A stretch of DNA of 64,000 nucleotides, from positions 3,714 to 67,713 of the forward strand of contig CASFZN010000017.1 in assembly GCA_949299195.1 (NCBI GenBank), read 5' to 3'. Below the pieces are notes generated by a model. That model saw nothing but the letters and a program-made list of their open reading frames with translations, did not search any database and had not been told where the DNA came from. Source of the stretch: an uncultured bacterium. GTDB taxonomy: Bacteria > Bacillota_I > Bacilli_A > RFN20 > CAG-826. Position numbers and translations under genes: made by a program. Each line of letters starts with the position of its first letter. Positions within the stretch are counted from its first letter, which is position 1. Of this stretch, positions 31,601-40,635 are shown one piece after another.

Positions 31601-32056
31601 AGCTAAATCCTTATAAGAAAGTGGGACGTTATCAACAATAAATTCATTTTCTGGGATTGGAGCTTCAACGTTAAAGAAGCGATGTTCTTCACTTCCATCA
31701 TCATAAGAATCAAAAACAATTCCCATGGTAAAGTCTTTATTTTCAACATCGTCATGAAATTCTAAAGCGATATAGGAAGTAAATCTTCCATTTCTTAAAT
31801 ATTTAAAGCCACCTTCTTGGTCATCACCAAGTTCACCTCTTAGATAACCTTTTAAAGTTCTAGCGCTTTTATCTAAAGCTGCTTTGTTAAAGCTTCTTCC
31901 ACTTGTATCACCAAGTAAAACAACTTCAAATGCGTCAACAAGAGTGGATTTACCACTACCATTAAGGCCAGTTAAAAATACAATTTGGTCGATATTAAAA
32001 CTTTCATTCCAGAAATAATGCCAGTTAATTAATTTAATCTTCGTTAATAATTTCAT
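28670..32056 (-). CDS. jetC: SMC-like ATPase, JetC/MksB type
   Basis: LINWHYF, Walker A GLNGSGKS, FNKAA, long coiled coils, DYRSY, signature SGGETQTPFY, Walker B LIIFDEAFSKMD; start probably ATG 32056. Confidence 0.85.
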   Translation of the reverse strand: MKLLTKIKLINWHYFWNESFNIDQIVFLTGLNGSGKSTLVDAFEVVLLGDTSGRSFNKAALDKSARTLKGYLRGELGDDQEGGFKYLRNGRFTSYIALEFHDDVENKDFTMGIVFDSYDDGSEEHRFFNVEAPIPENEFIVDNVPLSYKDLAAYLSENYAGSYRFFDSNKQYQEFLKRRFGGLKDKYFSLLKKATSFTPITDITTFITEYVCDPQQNLDLTHLQDNIIQYSKLKLESENIERRIERLEEIKTSYESYKDIEKDFNVSKYFIDRCELFNSEEKVKAFKNEVIKSEERIHEIESELEEHAATIKELEKRKYKLIQDRTNNDVAKITEDIYIQKRDTEEKIRAIKNELNGVKDTLMQYIESYEEEATNLIDELSAVDKDAINDEDKEEEILNIILSSKKVKEVSIKIKTKLDEDLMLVSKTDLETFKDALKEFKDNVSSLATSLARITANLEKKIQSLKEEELMVKKGSKSFDHRLKSIKEALQTELSNRFNKKIEVELFCDLIDIKDQSWANAIEGYLYNQKFNLFVPPKYYSEAYKILRRILEEYHYYATALVDQEKIIERNFNMEEGSLAEEIETTHEGARAYTNYLIGRLYKAGDIEEARDSGNGITRSCDLYRAFSLTKMNPRLYQESFIGVKINDRFIEEKQAQLRANNQNLSVYKTIYRAITEANNLEVLTSGEIEHLLKIISRGNELKGLNSSLEYFNSELESHDTALLESLDKRLKDVEEDIKEITKLKDDVLIEKGNLTHEIESLKTEKIVNEEKSIEARKEALKDKYSKDFVDIYALPLLNEQLNRGRTYFDILTEANSSLSRLQYLSNNLFSSLCKLRREYVHDYHLSYDPDVRDNEVFQKELIEFKEVKLPEYREKIHDSYLKATQQFKDDFIFKLRSAIEEVEDQISNLNEALEQSSFGRDSYRFTVKPSITFKRYYDMLKDDIILEGGEDESLFLDKYKDVMEDLFKQIVDVNNLEENNEELLKNIEKFTDYRSYLDFDLIVYNRENNEEQRLSKMIKKKSGGETQTPFYISVLASFAQLYHVNEEGEIANTSRLIIFDEAFSKMDRGRIKEAVKLLRKFNLQVIISCPTDKVADISELVDETLVVLHNKNTSNVLTFKEISQNLN

Positions 32057-32681
32057 CGCTAGTTTCCTCACTTTCACTCATTTCTTTATCTAAAGCAAGT
32101 GACATTGCTCTAATTTTTTCATTATCAAGGGCATAACAAATTGAAGGGAGAATATAAAAAGCTACGCTACCTTCATCATAATTTCCGCTAACCTTAGTAA
32201 TAATATTGTGGCTTGCTAAAAGTCTTAAACTTTTAGCGATACCTCTGCCGCTTAATTTCTTTCCAGGCATTAAAATTCCATGTTCAAGCATGGTACGGAT
32301 TAAAACTGGAGTTGTAATATAAATAGATTCTCCAGCTAAATTTGATTCTTTTCTTTCATTTTCATAAATCATTCTTAAAACAAAAAGAATTAAACTTGTT
32401 TCTCTATCAAGACGAATATGGTTTTCGCCACTGAGATTAACTAAACTAACAACTCCTAAAATCTTATCAATTTCAATTGACCAGTTTGAGAAGTTTAAAT
32501 ATTCATTAATTAATTCATAATTTCTTTCAATATATCGATAATCTGGAGAGATTTTAATGATTTTTTCTCTAGGATCAAAGATGTCTCTTACAATAAATCC
32601 TTTTAACAAGATACGGTTTATTGTAGTTCCAAAGGCGTTTTGATCAGAATATGATAATTCGTTATATTTTTCTTCAAACAT
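32034..32681 (-). CDS. jetB: JetB/MksE-like kite subunit (DUF4194-like)
   Basis: Size and position directly upstream of jetC; 'SLILFVLRMIYE' and 'ILPSI' winged-helix pattern. Confidence 0.75.
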   Translation of the reverse strand: MFEEKYNELSYSDQNAFGTTINRILLKGFIVRDIFDPREKIIKISPDYRYIERNYELINEYLNFSNWSIEIDKILGVVSLVNLSGENHIRLDRETSLILFVLRMIYENERKESNLAGESIYITTPVLIRTMLEHGILMPGKKLSGRGIAKSLRLLASHNIITKVSGNYDEGSVAFYILPSICYALDNEKIRAMSLALDKEMSESEETSDEIINED

Positions 32682-32683
32682 TG

Positions 32684-34126
32684 TTACTTATTCTCCTTTT
32701 CTTTTTCTTTTCTTATAAATGTGACGTTTGGAATTAAGAAATAATTGGTAATAATTCCAGCGTTAGGATAGATTTCATCTATTTTATAGAATGAGTTTTC
32801 ATCTTCACTTTTAACAGTTGCAAGAATTAAGCAGATAAGTTCATCAAAATTTTCAATATTGAAATCTTCGGTAGTAATCTCTCTACTTCTTCCGAATTCT
32901 CTTTCCATAAAGGAATAGATTTTCTCATCAGTATACATATTGGAAGTTTCTTCTAAGAATGATGATTTTAAATAATCATCAATATCAGAGAAGTCTTGAA
33001 TTTCCATTGGTTCTCCAATTTCTTTATATTTACGCATAATTGGTAAAGAAACAGATTCACTATCAAGATAACCTTGTTCATAAAGAGTGAAGGAATCTTG
33101 CATTTTTGATAAGACTTTAGCAAGTTCGCGTGGTTCATTTATCTTATTTGCGTAATGTTTAAAGATATTTTCTAAATGACCTTTAACGGTATGATCAGCG
33201 TTATTTAAATACAAAATCTTTTGAGTTGAAGATTTAGTATAAGCGTTATTTTCTTTATCGATTGAAGCGATTAAAGAATTTAAGGTTTCATAAGTATCAC
33301 TGATATAGTTGATTTTTTCGATAATATCGGCTTCAATTTCTTTTTTGTTATTACTTTTAGAATTGATTGAAGCTTGGAAGATTAATTTTTCTCTAATTTC
33401 TTTGGTTTCTAACCAGTGATTTAAAATCTTAATAATTGGTCTTTTATATTTAGCGACACTATCAAAAGTTTTAAGCGGATGGTAGTATCGATCGGAAATC
33501 TTTCTTTTATAAATATCAAAATAAGAATGTAAAACCTCATTAGTATCGAATAATTTTGATAATTTATTTTGGAAGATTCTAATAGAATGAGTTAAGGTTA
33601 TGAGTTCTACTTTTAACTTTTTAGTATTTTCATAACATCTTAAAAGGGTTGGATAAAGGAGTTCATCCATATCTTCATCTTCTAACTTTAATTCACTATA
33701 AGTAGAGTGAACTAAAGAAATATAAGGAGATTCTTCATCACTTACGATATCACTAAAAGTTTTAAGTAAGGATATTGAATAGGGAGGAAGGATTACTATT
33801 TCTTCATAATTGTCAATATCCATTGAAATATCAATCCATCCACATTCCTCTAATTTTCTTACAATATAAGAAGCTTTTGAGGAATTATTGTAATCGTTTT
33901 TTAAGTTTTCTTTCTCTTCATCGCTTATTTCTTCTTCAGTTAAATCAAGAAGAGATAAATCTTTTTCTCGATCCTTTAAAGCGTTTAAAAAATCAACCTT
34001 TCTAATGAAGGTTTCATCATTTTGAAGTAAAGAATAAAGTATCGATAAACTCTCTATATAAATCTCGCGATTTTTACCTTGAAAAATTGAAAAATAATTT
34101 TGCGGAACTATATTAAATAAATTCAT
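32684..34126 (-). CDS. jetA: JetA/MksF-like kleisin subunit (DUF5716-like)
   Basis: LF..VPQNYFSIF...NREIY start, 'RKLEECGWI' winged helix, 'YHPLKT'; first gene of the three-gene operon. Confidence 0.72.
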   Translation of the reverse strand: MNLFNIVPQNYFSIFQGKNREIYIESLSILYSLLQNDETFIRKVDFLNALKDREKDLSLLDLTEEEISDEEKENLKNDYNNSSKASYIVRKLEECGWIDISMDIDNYEEIVILPPYSISLLKTFSDIVSDEESPYISLVHSTYSELKLEDEDMDELLYPTLLRCYENTKKLKVELITLTHSIRIFQNKLSKLFDTNEVLHSYFDIYKRKISDRYYHPLKTFDSVAKYKRPIIKILNHWLETKEIREKLIFQASINSKSNNKKEIEADIIEKINYISDTYETLNSLIASIDKENNAYTKSSTQKILYLNNADHTVKGHLENIFKHYANKINEPRELAKVLSKMQDSFTLYEQGYLDSESVSLPIMRKYKEIGEPMEIQDFSDIDDYLKSSFLEETSNMYTDEKIYSFMEREFGRSREITTEDFNIENFDELICLILATVKSEDENSFYKIDEIYPNAGIITNYFLIPNVTFIRKEKEKENK

Positions 34127-34154
34127 ATTTTTTCTTTCTTTTTTTGACTTTTAA

Positions 34155-34163
34155 ATTATAGCA
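34155..34163 (-). promoter_or_regulatory. Extended -10 promoter for the jetABC-like operon
   Basis: TGCTATAAT on minus strand about 30 bp upstream of the jetA ATG, downstream of the GDPD terminator. Confidence 0.55.
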
Positions 34164-34237
34164 TCTAAACCATATATTTTTAATAAAAAAGTGTAAGAAA
34201 TTATAAGAAATTCTTTCTTTATATAAAGAAAGAAAAA

Positions 34238-34260
34238 AGAGAGACTTTGGTAGTCTCTCT
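34238..34260 (-). terminator. Intrinsic terminator after the GDPD gene
   Basis: AGAGAGACT-ttggt-AGTCTCTCT with minus-strand T-run. Confidence 0.7.
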
Positions 34261-34998
34261 TTAAGAATTATTAATAACTTCTTTTACCTTTTCTACCTCT
34301 AAATATTGGAAGGTAACTGAATCTACGAATTTAGTGTATTGAAGTAAGTCTTCTTCGTTTTCAATAGTCCAAGAAAAGATAACTCTTTTTTCTTTTAATG
34401 ATTGATATTTTTTATTCTTAAAATAAGTATATTCTAGATCTAATCCTTCGAATAAGTTTTTAATATGTAAGACATAGCGATGTTTATAATCTGCTAAAAA
34501 TAATCGAATATATCCATATTTTTTAAAAGGAAATAAACAAGAAGGATAAAAAGAAATGATAATGATATTTTCTTTTTTTAAATCTTTTATTAATTCGATT
34601 ACTTTTTGAGCTAATAGTCTACTATTTTTATGCTTTTTACTAGGTTTTAACTCAATAACCATCGGAGTTTCATTGTTATTTATTTCAATAACCTCTTTTA
34701 AAGTAGGAATAGTTTCGCCGTTTTTTAAGCGATAATTATCTTTAATTTCTTTTAAAGTTAATTCTTCAACTTCACCTTCTTTATCAGTTACTCTTTTAGT
34801 TTCACTATCATGAATTACAATTACTTCGTTATCTTTAGATAAATGAACATCAAATTCAAAAGGTAAATTTAAAGAAATTGCTTTTTTAAAACTAGCTAAA
34901 CTGTTTTCAGTTATAGTTTCTTTATCATGGAGTCCTCTATGAGCAACACCTTCAAAAAACTTCGGATTTAATCTAGCTTTTACTTCTTCTTTTTTCAT
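34261..34998 (-). CDS. Glycerophosphodiester phosphodiesterase family protein
   Basis: AHRG, ENSLASF, EFDVHLSKD..VIHD, IPTL, IELK, WT. Confidence 0.9.
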   Translation of the reverse strand: MKKEEVKARLNPKFFEGVAHRGLHDKETITENSLASFKKAISLNLPFEFDVHLSKDNEVIVIHDSETKRVTDKEGEVEELTLKEIKDNYRLKNGETIPTLKEVIEINNNETPMVIELKPSKKHKNSRLLAQKVIELIKDLKKENIIIISFYPSCLFPFKKYGYIRLFLADYKHRYVLHIKNLFEGLDLEYTYFKNKKYQSLKEKRVIFSWTIENEEDLLQYTKFVDSVTFQYLEVEKVKEVINNS

Positions 34999-35000
34999 TA

Positions 35001-36443
35001 TTAGTCACCTTGATCCATTGCTTCTAGACCAGTTTTAATTGTAGTTTTATCGATTTTTACGCTCTTAATAAATAAAACGATTATTAAGGAAACAGTTCCA
35101 CAAATTAATGCATAGAAAGGTAAAATTCCAAAATCAAAGCCTTCGATTAACATTAAAGTACCAAGTAACATTGGGGTAATAGTTTGAGCAACCATACTTG
35201 AAGCATAATAATATCCAGTAAAGGCACCGATTTTTTTAGATGAACAAAGCTCAACAACCATTGGATAGGAATTAACATGAACTAAACTCATACCAAATCC
35301 TTTAATAAACCAAATAATATATAAAGCAAATGGGAACTCTCCAACTCCATAAGCAAAACTTGGAGCACATTCACTTAAAATTCCCCAAACAGCATAGGAA
35401 GCAACCGAAAGAGTTAATCCACTAAAAACAGTCCATTTTCTACCGATTTTACCAGCAATAATTCCACCTAAGGCAAAACCAATAACACTACCTACACCAC
35501 CAACAATGGTATTAATCATAGTTCCTTGAGTTGAACCACCTAAATGATAAATTGTGTAGTTAGACATGAAAGTTCCAATTCCGTTATCAGCCATAAACCA
35601 GAAGAATTCAGCTACTAAAATTAAAATTAACATGATTTTATTAGCTTTAGTCATTGGTTTATCATCATCGACTTTATCAGTAATTTCTGCGTATTCTTCA
35701 CCTCTTTTGAGTTCGTCTTTCATTTCTTCAGCAATTTTATTTTCTTTAATTGTGAAAAGTAAGACTAAAGCAGAAACAATCATTAAAATAGACGCAATTA
35801 AAAATGGAGCTTCAATAACCCAAATATTTTGATATGCCCATTCAGCACCTTCATTTAATTTTAAATAATCACTTAAAACAAAGATAATACCGGTAACTGT
35901 CGCAAAAGCGCCACCAATATAACCCATGATATTGATAATTCCATTAGCTTTACTTCTTAAAGGTTTTGGAGTCATATCAGGCATTAAAGAAACTGCAGGG
36001 TTTCGATACATCATCATGAAAATCATGACAATTGCCATCATTACAACAACACCAACCGCATTATTATAATGATATAAAACAGGAATAAATGGGAAAGCTA
36101 CAGCCGAAACAAAGGTTCCTACTAAAATATAAGGCATTCTTTTTCCTAGCGGCGTTTTTGTTTTATCCGATAATTTTCCGAATATTGGTAATAAAATTAA
36201 AGCGGCTAAATTATCTAAAGCCATGACAACACCAACTAAATATTGAACTTGGGTTTCATCATTTACACCAAAAGCTTCACTAAAAAGCGAAGTTAAAAGA
36301 GTTGGACACCGTGAGTCATAGACTTGCCAAAATAAAAGAATTCCAAAGAAAGCGAAACCAATAATAAATGTTCTTTTATAGTTAAGCTTAAATCCTCCAT
36401 CTTTTACCTGAATAGAATTATTTTCTTTTTCCATAAACAACAA
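35001..36443 (-). CDS. MFS sugar transporter (GPH/SLC45-like; contains CGG codon at 36309-36311)
   Basis: 12 TM; GKLSDKTKTPLGKRMPYI, KIGRK, G.FTGYYY..SM. Confidence 0.88.
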   Translation of the reverse strand: MLFMEKENNSIQVKDGGFKLNYKRTFIIGFAFFGILLFWQVYDSRCPTLLTSLFSEAFGVNDETQVQYLVGVVMALDNLAALILLPIFGKLSDKTKTPLGKRMPYILVGTFVSAVAFPFIPVLYHYNNAVGVVVMMAIVMIFMMMYRNPAVSLMPDMTPKPLRSKANGIINIMGYIGGAFATVTGIIFVLSDYLKLNEGAEWAYQNIWVIEAPFLIASILMIVSALVLLFTIKENKIAEEMKDELKRGEEYAEITDKVDDDKPMTKANKIMLILILVAEFFWFMADNGIGTFMSNYTIYHLGGSTQGTMINTIVGGVGSVIGFALGGIIAGKIGRKWTVFSGLTLSVASYAVWGILSECAPSFAYGVGEFPFALYIIWFIKGFGMSLVHVNSYPMVVELCSSKKIGAFTGYYYASSMVAQTITPMLLGTLMLIEGFDFGILPFYALICGTVSLIIVLFIKSVKIDKTTIKTGLEAMDQGD

Positions 36444-36450
36444 TTTAGAT

Positions 36451-37089
36451 TTAATCTTTAAAAACTTCTTCGAGTTTTGAAGGTAATTCTTTCAAAGAAG
36501 AAATTTTATAAACATCTTCTTCAATTACCCCGAATCCATATGAAGCATGGATGAATTTTACATTTGCTTTTGTTGATTCAACATAATCTTTTAAAGTGTC
36601 ACCAACATAAACTACTTCATCAATTCCTTCTTTTTCTTTTAAAAGTTTTATATTTTGGTATTTTTCTAATCCAGTATCTCCTGCAGAAAGATGACCTTTA
36701 AAATATTTAGACATATTCAAAGATTCTAAATAATTTTCAATATAGCCTTTATCACAGTTAGACACGATATAAAGAGGGTATTTTTCTTTTAAAAGAGAAA
36801 GAACTTCTTCTTCATCTTTATACATATTTCCAGGATTATTTCTTAAATGCTCAATTTCTTTATGAATACAGAGTTTAAAATATTCTAATCCTTTTTCTAT
36901 TGAGACATCTTTAAATGCTAAAACAACTGTTTCAAGGGGAGTTAATCCCATGTATGACTTTATGGTCTTATAATCAAAAGAATATGATAAGTTATTTTCC
37001 TTCATAGCGATGTTCCAACTTTCCATAATTGGAGTAATCGCATCCCAAAGGGTACCATCTAAATCGAAAAAAACAGCCTTTTTGCCCAT
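36451..37089 (-). CDS. HAD-family hydrolase
   Basis: FDLDGTL, IVSN, YVGDT..D, YGFG. Confidence 0.88.
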   Translation of the reverse strand: MGKKAVFFDLDGTLWDAITPIMESWNIAMKENNLSYSFDYKTIKSYMGLTPLETVVLAFKDVSIEKGLEYFKLCIHKEIEHLRNNPGNMYKDEEEVLSLLKEKYPLYIVSNCDKGYIENYLESLNMSKYFKGHLSAGDTGLEKYQNIKLLKEKEGIDEVVYVGDTLKDYVESTKANVKFIHASYGFGVIEEDVYKISSLKELPSKLEEVFKD

Positions 37090-37287
37090 TTAAAAAATAG
37101 ATCACCAATAAAAATTCATTTATTTTTAAAGATTAATCTTTCCTCCTAATTGCTATAATTTTATCATTAACAAATATTTTTTAAACTTAAAAAATGTAAA
37201 GGAAAAATAAGGAAAATATCTTCTAGACTTAACCTATTCGTTTGTGGTATTATACATAAGCAATTTAATACTAGGGAGGAAAAAGAA

Positions 37288-37479
37288 ATGTCAAGAGTTT
37301 GCCCAATTACTGGAAAAAAACCTATCAGTGGTAACAATCGTTCTCACTCTCTTCGTGCTACTCGTAGAAGATGGGATGTAAATCTCCATACTTATAAAAT
37401 TGAAATTAACGGTCAAATTGTTAAAGTCAGAATGAGTGCAAGAGCATATAGAAGCCTTCATAAATCACAAGCACAATAA
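37288..37479 (+). CDS. rpmB: 50S ribosomal protein L28
   Basis: MSRVCPITGKKP.SGNNRSHS...TRRRW..NL; GGAGG SD. Confidence 0.96.
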   Translation: MSRVCPITGKKPISGNNRSHSLRATRRRWDVNLHTYKIEINGQIVKVRMSARAYRSLHKSQAQ

Positions 37480-37488
37480 TAGTAAGTT

Positions 37489-37519
37489 AGATCTCTTAGT
37501 TAATTCTAAGAGATTTTTT
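37489..37519 (+). terminator. Intrinsic terminator of rpmB
   Basis: ATCTCTTAG-ttaatt-CTAAGAGAT followed by T-run. Confidence 0.7.
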
Positions 37520-37601
37520 ATTACTATTTTTTTATTAAAAATAAATAAAAAAACTAATATTGGTAGTTTTCTAGTATACTAGATTTCTACCAGTCAAAAA
37601 T

Positions 37602-37625
37602 AAAAGTTTCCACGTGGAAACTTTT
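37602..37625. repeat. parS-like palindrome, copy 3
   Basis: AAAAGTTTCCACGTGGAAACTTTT, perfect 24-bp palindrome between convergent genes. Confidence 0.8.
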
Positions 37626-37650
37626 TTTCTTATCTTATATATCATTATTA

Positions 37651-38307
37651 TTAATACAAAGAAACGATTAAAGGGAAGAAACTAATGATAAATCCTAAGA
37701 AACTTCCCCATTCCAGCATTGCAAGATAATTATATTTAGGGCGATTATAAGTTTGGGCATCAACTTTAACCATCTTATTCCAAGTTTTATATGTTGGATT
37801 AATTAAAATTATTAACATAAATAATAAAGTAATAATTATTACAACTATATTTAATACAGGATTTGAAATAACTACTACATTATTACTAGTTAAACAGAAT
37901 AATTCGGTCACTAAGGTTAAAAGTGTAGAAAAATAGAAAATAAGCGCTAAAACTAGATGAAGCTTATAGGCGCTTAATTTAGTAAAGAATAATAAATTAA
38001 ATGCAATAATAGCAACAAAAATAACCGCACAAATAAAATATAAAATCGAATGATTATAATAATATAAAAGATAGAAAACTAAGCCAAAAAGTAAGAGTAA
38101 TGAGGCTAAAATCATCATCGTTACATATATGGCAGTAATCTTATTATGGCGTTTAAATTGATTTAATTCATAAGGGAATCTACTTAAAAAGTTATATTTC
38201 CCACTTCCAGTTTTATTATAAGAAAGAGTCATAAATAAAAAGGAAAGAATAAAAACAATTGTTCCAGCTATGATACAAGTTATCGTTACATATTTATATG
38301 CTTCCAT
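37651..38307 (-). CDS. Hypothetical membrane protein (about 6 TM)
   Basis: Hydrophobic ORF with FPYELN and RPK...LA..EW; directly after rpe. Confidence 0.75.
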   Translation of the reverse strand: MEAYKYVTITCIIAGTIVFILSFLFMTLSYNKTGSGKYNFLSRFPYELNQFKRHNKITAIYVTMMILASLLLLFGLVFYLLYYYNHSILYFICAVIFVAIIAFNLLFFTKLSAYKLHLVLALIFYFSTLLTLVTELFCLTSNNVVVISNPVLNIVVIIITLLFMLIILINPTYKTWNKMVKVDAQTYNRPKYNYLAMLEWGSFLGFIISFFPLIVSLY

Positions 38308-38318
38308 TTTCTTACCTT

Positions 38319-38978
38319 TTACTCTCCTAATAATTTTTTGATGGCTTCTTTTTTATCTTTAGCTTTAAAAATATATGATCCGCTAACCAAAATATCAGCT
38401 CCAGCATCAACAACACTTTTTGCAGTTAAATCATTGATTCCACCATCAACTTCGATGAGATAATTATAACCATTAACCTTTTTCAAATCATAGAGTTTTT
38501 TTATCTTGTTTATCGAGTTTTCCATAAATTTTTGTCCACCAAAACCAGGCTCTACAGACATAATTAAAACTAAATCTAAATTAGGTAAAAACTCTAAAAT
38601 TTCTTCTACCCCTGTATTAGGTTTAATTGAAATTCCTACTTTTACCCCTTTTTCCTTTATTTTTTTGATTAGTTTAAAAATATCTTCTTTATTCTTTAAA
38701 GCTTCATAATGAAAAGTAATAATATCAGCGCCAGATTTTATAAAGTCAATGAAAAACTTGTCTGGATCGTCAATCATTAAATGAACATCTTTTATTAAAT
38801 TAACATCTTTAATCGAGTTTAATACATGACTTCCAAAAGATATGTTAGGAACAAAATGGCCGTCCATAACATCAAAATGTAAATAATCTGCACCTTCCTC
38901 TTTTAAATATTTGATTTCATTATATAAATTTTTAAAGTCTGCAGATAATATTGAAGGAGCTATAAAAACTTTTCTCAT
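38319..38978 (-). CDS. rpe: Ribulose-phosphate 3-epimerase
   Basis: APSILSADF, HFDVMDGHFVPN, DVHLMI, MSVEPGFGGQ, VDGGIN. Confidence 0.97.
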   Translation of the reverse strand: MRKVFIAPSILSADFKNLYNEIKYLKEEGADYLHFDVMDGHFVPNISFGSHVLNSIKDVNLIKDVHLMIDDPDKFFIDFIKSGADIITFHYEALKNKEDIFKLIKKIKEKGVKVGISIKPNTGVEEILEFLPNLDLVLIMSVEPGFGGQKFMENSINKIKKLYDLKKVNGYNYLIEVDGGINDLTAKSVVDAGADILVSGSYIFKAKDKKEAIKKLLGE

Positions 38979-38990
38979 ATCTAATTTTTA

Positions 38991-39890
38991 TTATATTTTA
39001 TTCTTTTTCTTAAATCCAAAAATACGTTGGAAAAATGAAGTTGATTTCTTCATTGATTCTTTATTTTCATATAAATCAATAACATCTTTTTTCATTTCGG
39101 CAGCAGATTTATATCTAATATTTAAATCTTTTGCGACGCCCTTAGCTATAATCTCTTCAAACTTTTTAGGTAGGTTTGGCATATAGTTTAAAGGTGAAGG
39201 GAATTCACATCTAACATGATCAATAGCAATTTTATTAACGTTTGTTCCATCAAAAGGTAAATAACCAGTTACAAGTTCAAAAAATGAGACAGTTATCGAA
39301 TAAATATCAGATTGGGCACTTGCTGGTTTTCCTCTAATTACTTCTGGAGCTAAATATTGAGCGGTTCCTACAACCTTTTTTCTCTCATCAACATCAAGTT
39401 CTTTCCCTTCGATAATCGAGATTCCAAAATCACTAACCTTTACAAGTCCATCGCTTCCATAAAAGATGTTTTGAGGTTTAATATCACGATGAATAATGCC
39501 TTTTTCATGCATATTTTCAGCTGCATCTAAAATTTGCATCATTATTTGACAAGCTTCAGGAAGCGGGAAATATCTTTTAAAAGTTAATGCATCTTTTAAG
39601 GTTTGTCCTTTTTGATATTCGTTAACAATAAAAGGTTGTTTTCCATAATAATCATAATCATAAATTTTAACGATATTTGAATGAGATAAACTTGCTGCAA
39701 TAAAAGCTTCGTTTTCAAATCTTACGACATTTTCGTGATTTTTCATCGATTCTTCGCTTAAGATTTTAAAAGCGACACTTCTTTTCATAATAATATCTTG
39801 GGCTTCATAAACATCACCCATTCCGCCATGTCCAATTAGGGCTTTGATTCTATATCGATCACAAATTAAATCATTAATGTTAATCATCAT
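38991..39890 (-). CDS. prkC: Hanks-type Ser/Thr kinase, PrkC orthologue reduced to the kinase domain
   Basis: GHGGMGDVY, VAFK, HRDIKPQN, DFGI, GTAQYLAPE; downstream of PP2C; start probably ATG 39890. Confidence 0.85.
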   Translation of the reverse strand: MMININDLICDRYRIKALIGHGGMGDVYEAQDIIMKRSVAFKILSEESMKNHENVVRFENEAFIAASLSHSNIVKIYDYDYYGKQPFIVNEYQKGQTLKDALTFKRYFPLPEACQIMMQILDAAENMHEKGIIHRDIKPQNIFYGSDGLVKVSDFGISIIEGKELDVDERKKVVGTAQYLAPEVIRGKPASAQSDIYSITVSFFELVTGYLPFDGTNVNKIAIDHVRCEFPSPLNYMPNLPKKFEEIIAKGVAKDLNIRYKSAAEMKKDVIDLYENKESMKKSTSFFQRIFGFKKKNKI

Positions 39891-40635
39891 TACTCTCCCA
39901 TAATATACATGAAATATTATCGCTACCACCGTTATAATTTGCTAAGTTAACCAAGGAATGAACCTTGTCTTCTGGAGTATTTTTACTATTTAAATTAGCT
40001 TCAATATCTTTAAAAGAAACGTTATTATATAGACCGTCACTACATAAAAATATTTTTTCGCCGTTATATTTATAAATTTTTAAATCGAATGAAAAGGAAG
40101 GAAAAATTCCGACTGCATTCGTAATATAGTGCCTTTTTGGATGAGTTAAAGCTTCACTTGGAGTAATTTCTCCTTTGTCAATTAGATAATTTACGTAAGT
40201 ATCATCATGAGTTAAACATCCAAGTTTTCCATCCTTTACAATATAACATCTAGAATCGCCAGCATTAACTACAATCAATTTTCTTTTTATAAGCATTGCG
40301 CAACAAATTGTAGAGCCCATTCCGCGATAGTCTTCATTTGTATCTTGGAGTTTAAAAACATTTTTATTAATTTTTCTTAATTCATTTTGAAGCCAAATTG
40401 AGCCACTAATAGAGTTTAAAAAAGCTCTTTTTTTACGGAAATCATTACCCAAAGTATCAACAATTTCTTTAGAAGCATAATCTCCTTTTTTATGACCACC
40501 CATACCATCAGCAACACAAAGTAAAACATCTCCATTAGAGTTAATGAAGCCTTTTACTTGATCTTCGTTAGTGATTCTAACTCTTCCCTTATCACAAACG
40601 TATGAGAATAATCCGTTATACTTTTTCTTTTTCAT
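39880..40635 (-). CDS. prpC: PP2C-family Ser/Thr phosphatase
   Basis: R..NED, VADGMGGH, GMGST, GDSRCY, LCSDGL, GGSDN. Confidence 0.92.
   Translation of the reverse strand: MKKKKYNGLFSYVCDKGRVRITNEDQVKGFINSNGDVLLCVADGMGGHKKGDYASKEIVDTLGNDFRKKRAFLNSISGSIWLQNELRKINKNVFKLQDTNEDYRGMGSTICCAMLIKRKLIVVNAGDSRCYIVKDGKLGCLTHDDTYVNYLIDKGEITPSEALTHPKRHYITNAVGIFPSFSFDLKIYKYNGEKIFLCSDGLYNNVSFKDIEANLNSKNTPEDKVHSLVNLANYNGGSDNISCILWESNDD

Noticed and set aside
37090..37119. Mini-ORF MNFYW* upstream of the HAD gene
   Set aside because: Five codons; the GGTGAT within it is more simply the SD of the HAD gene
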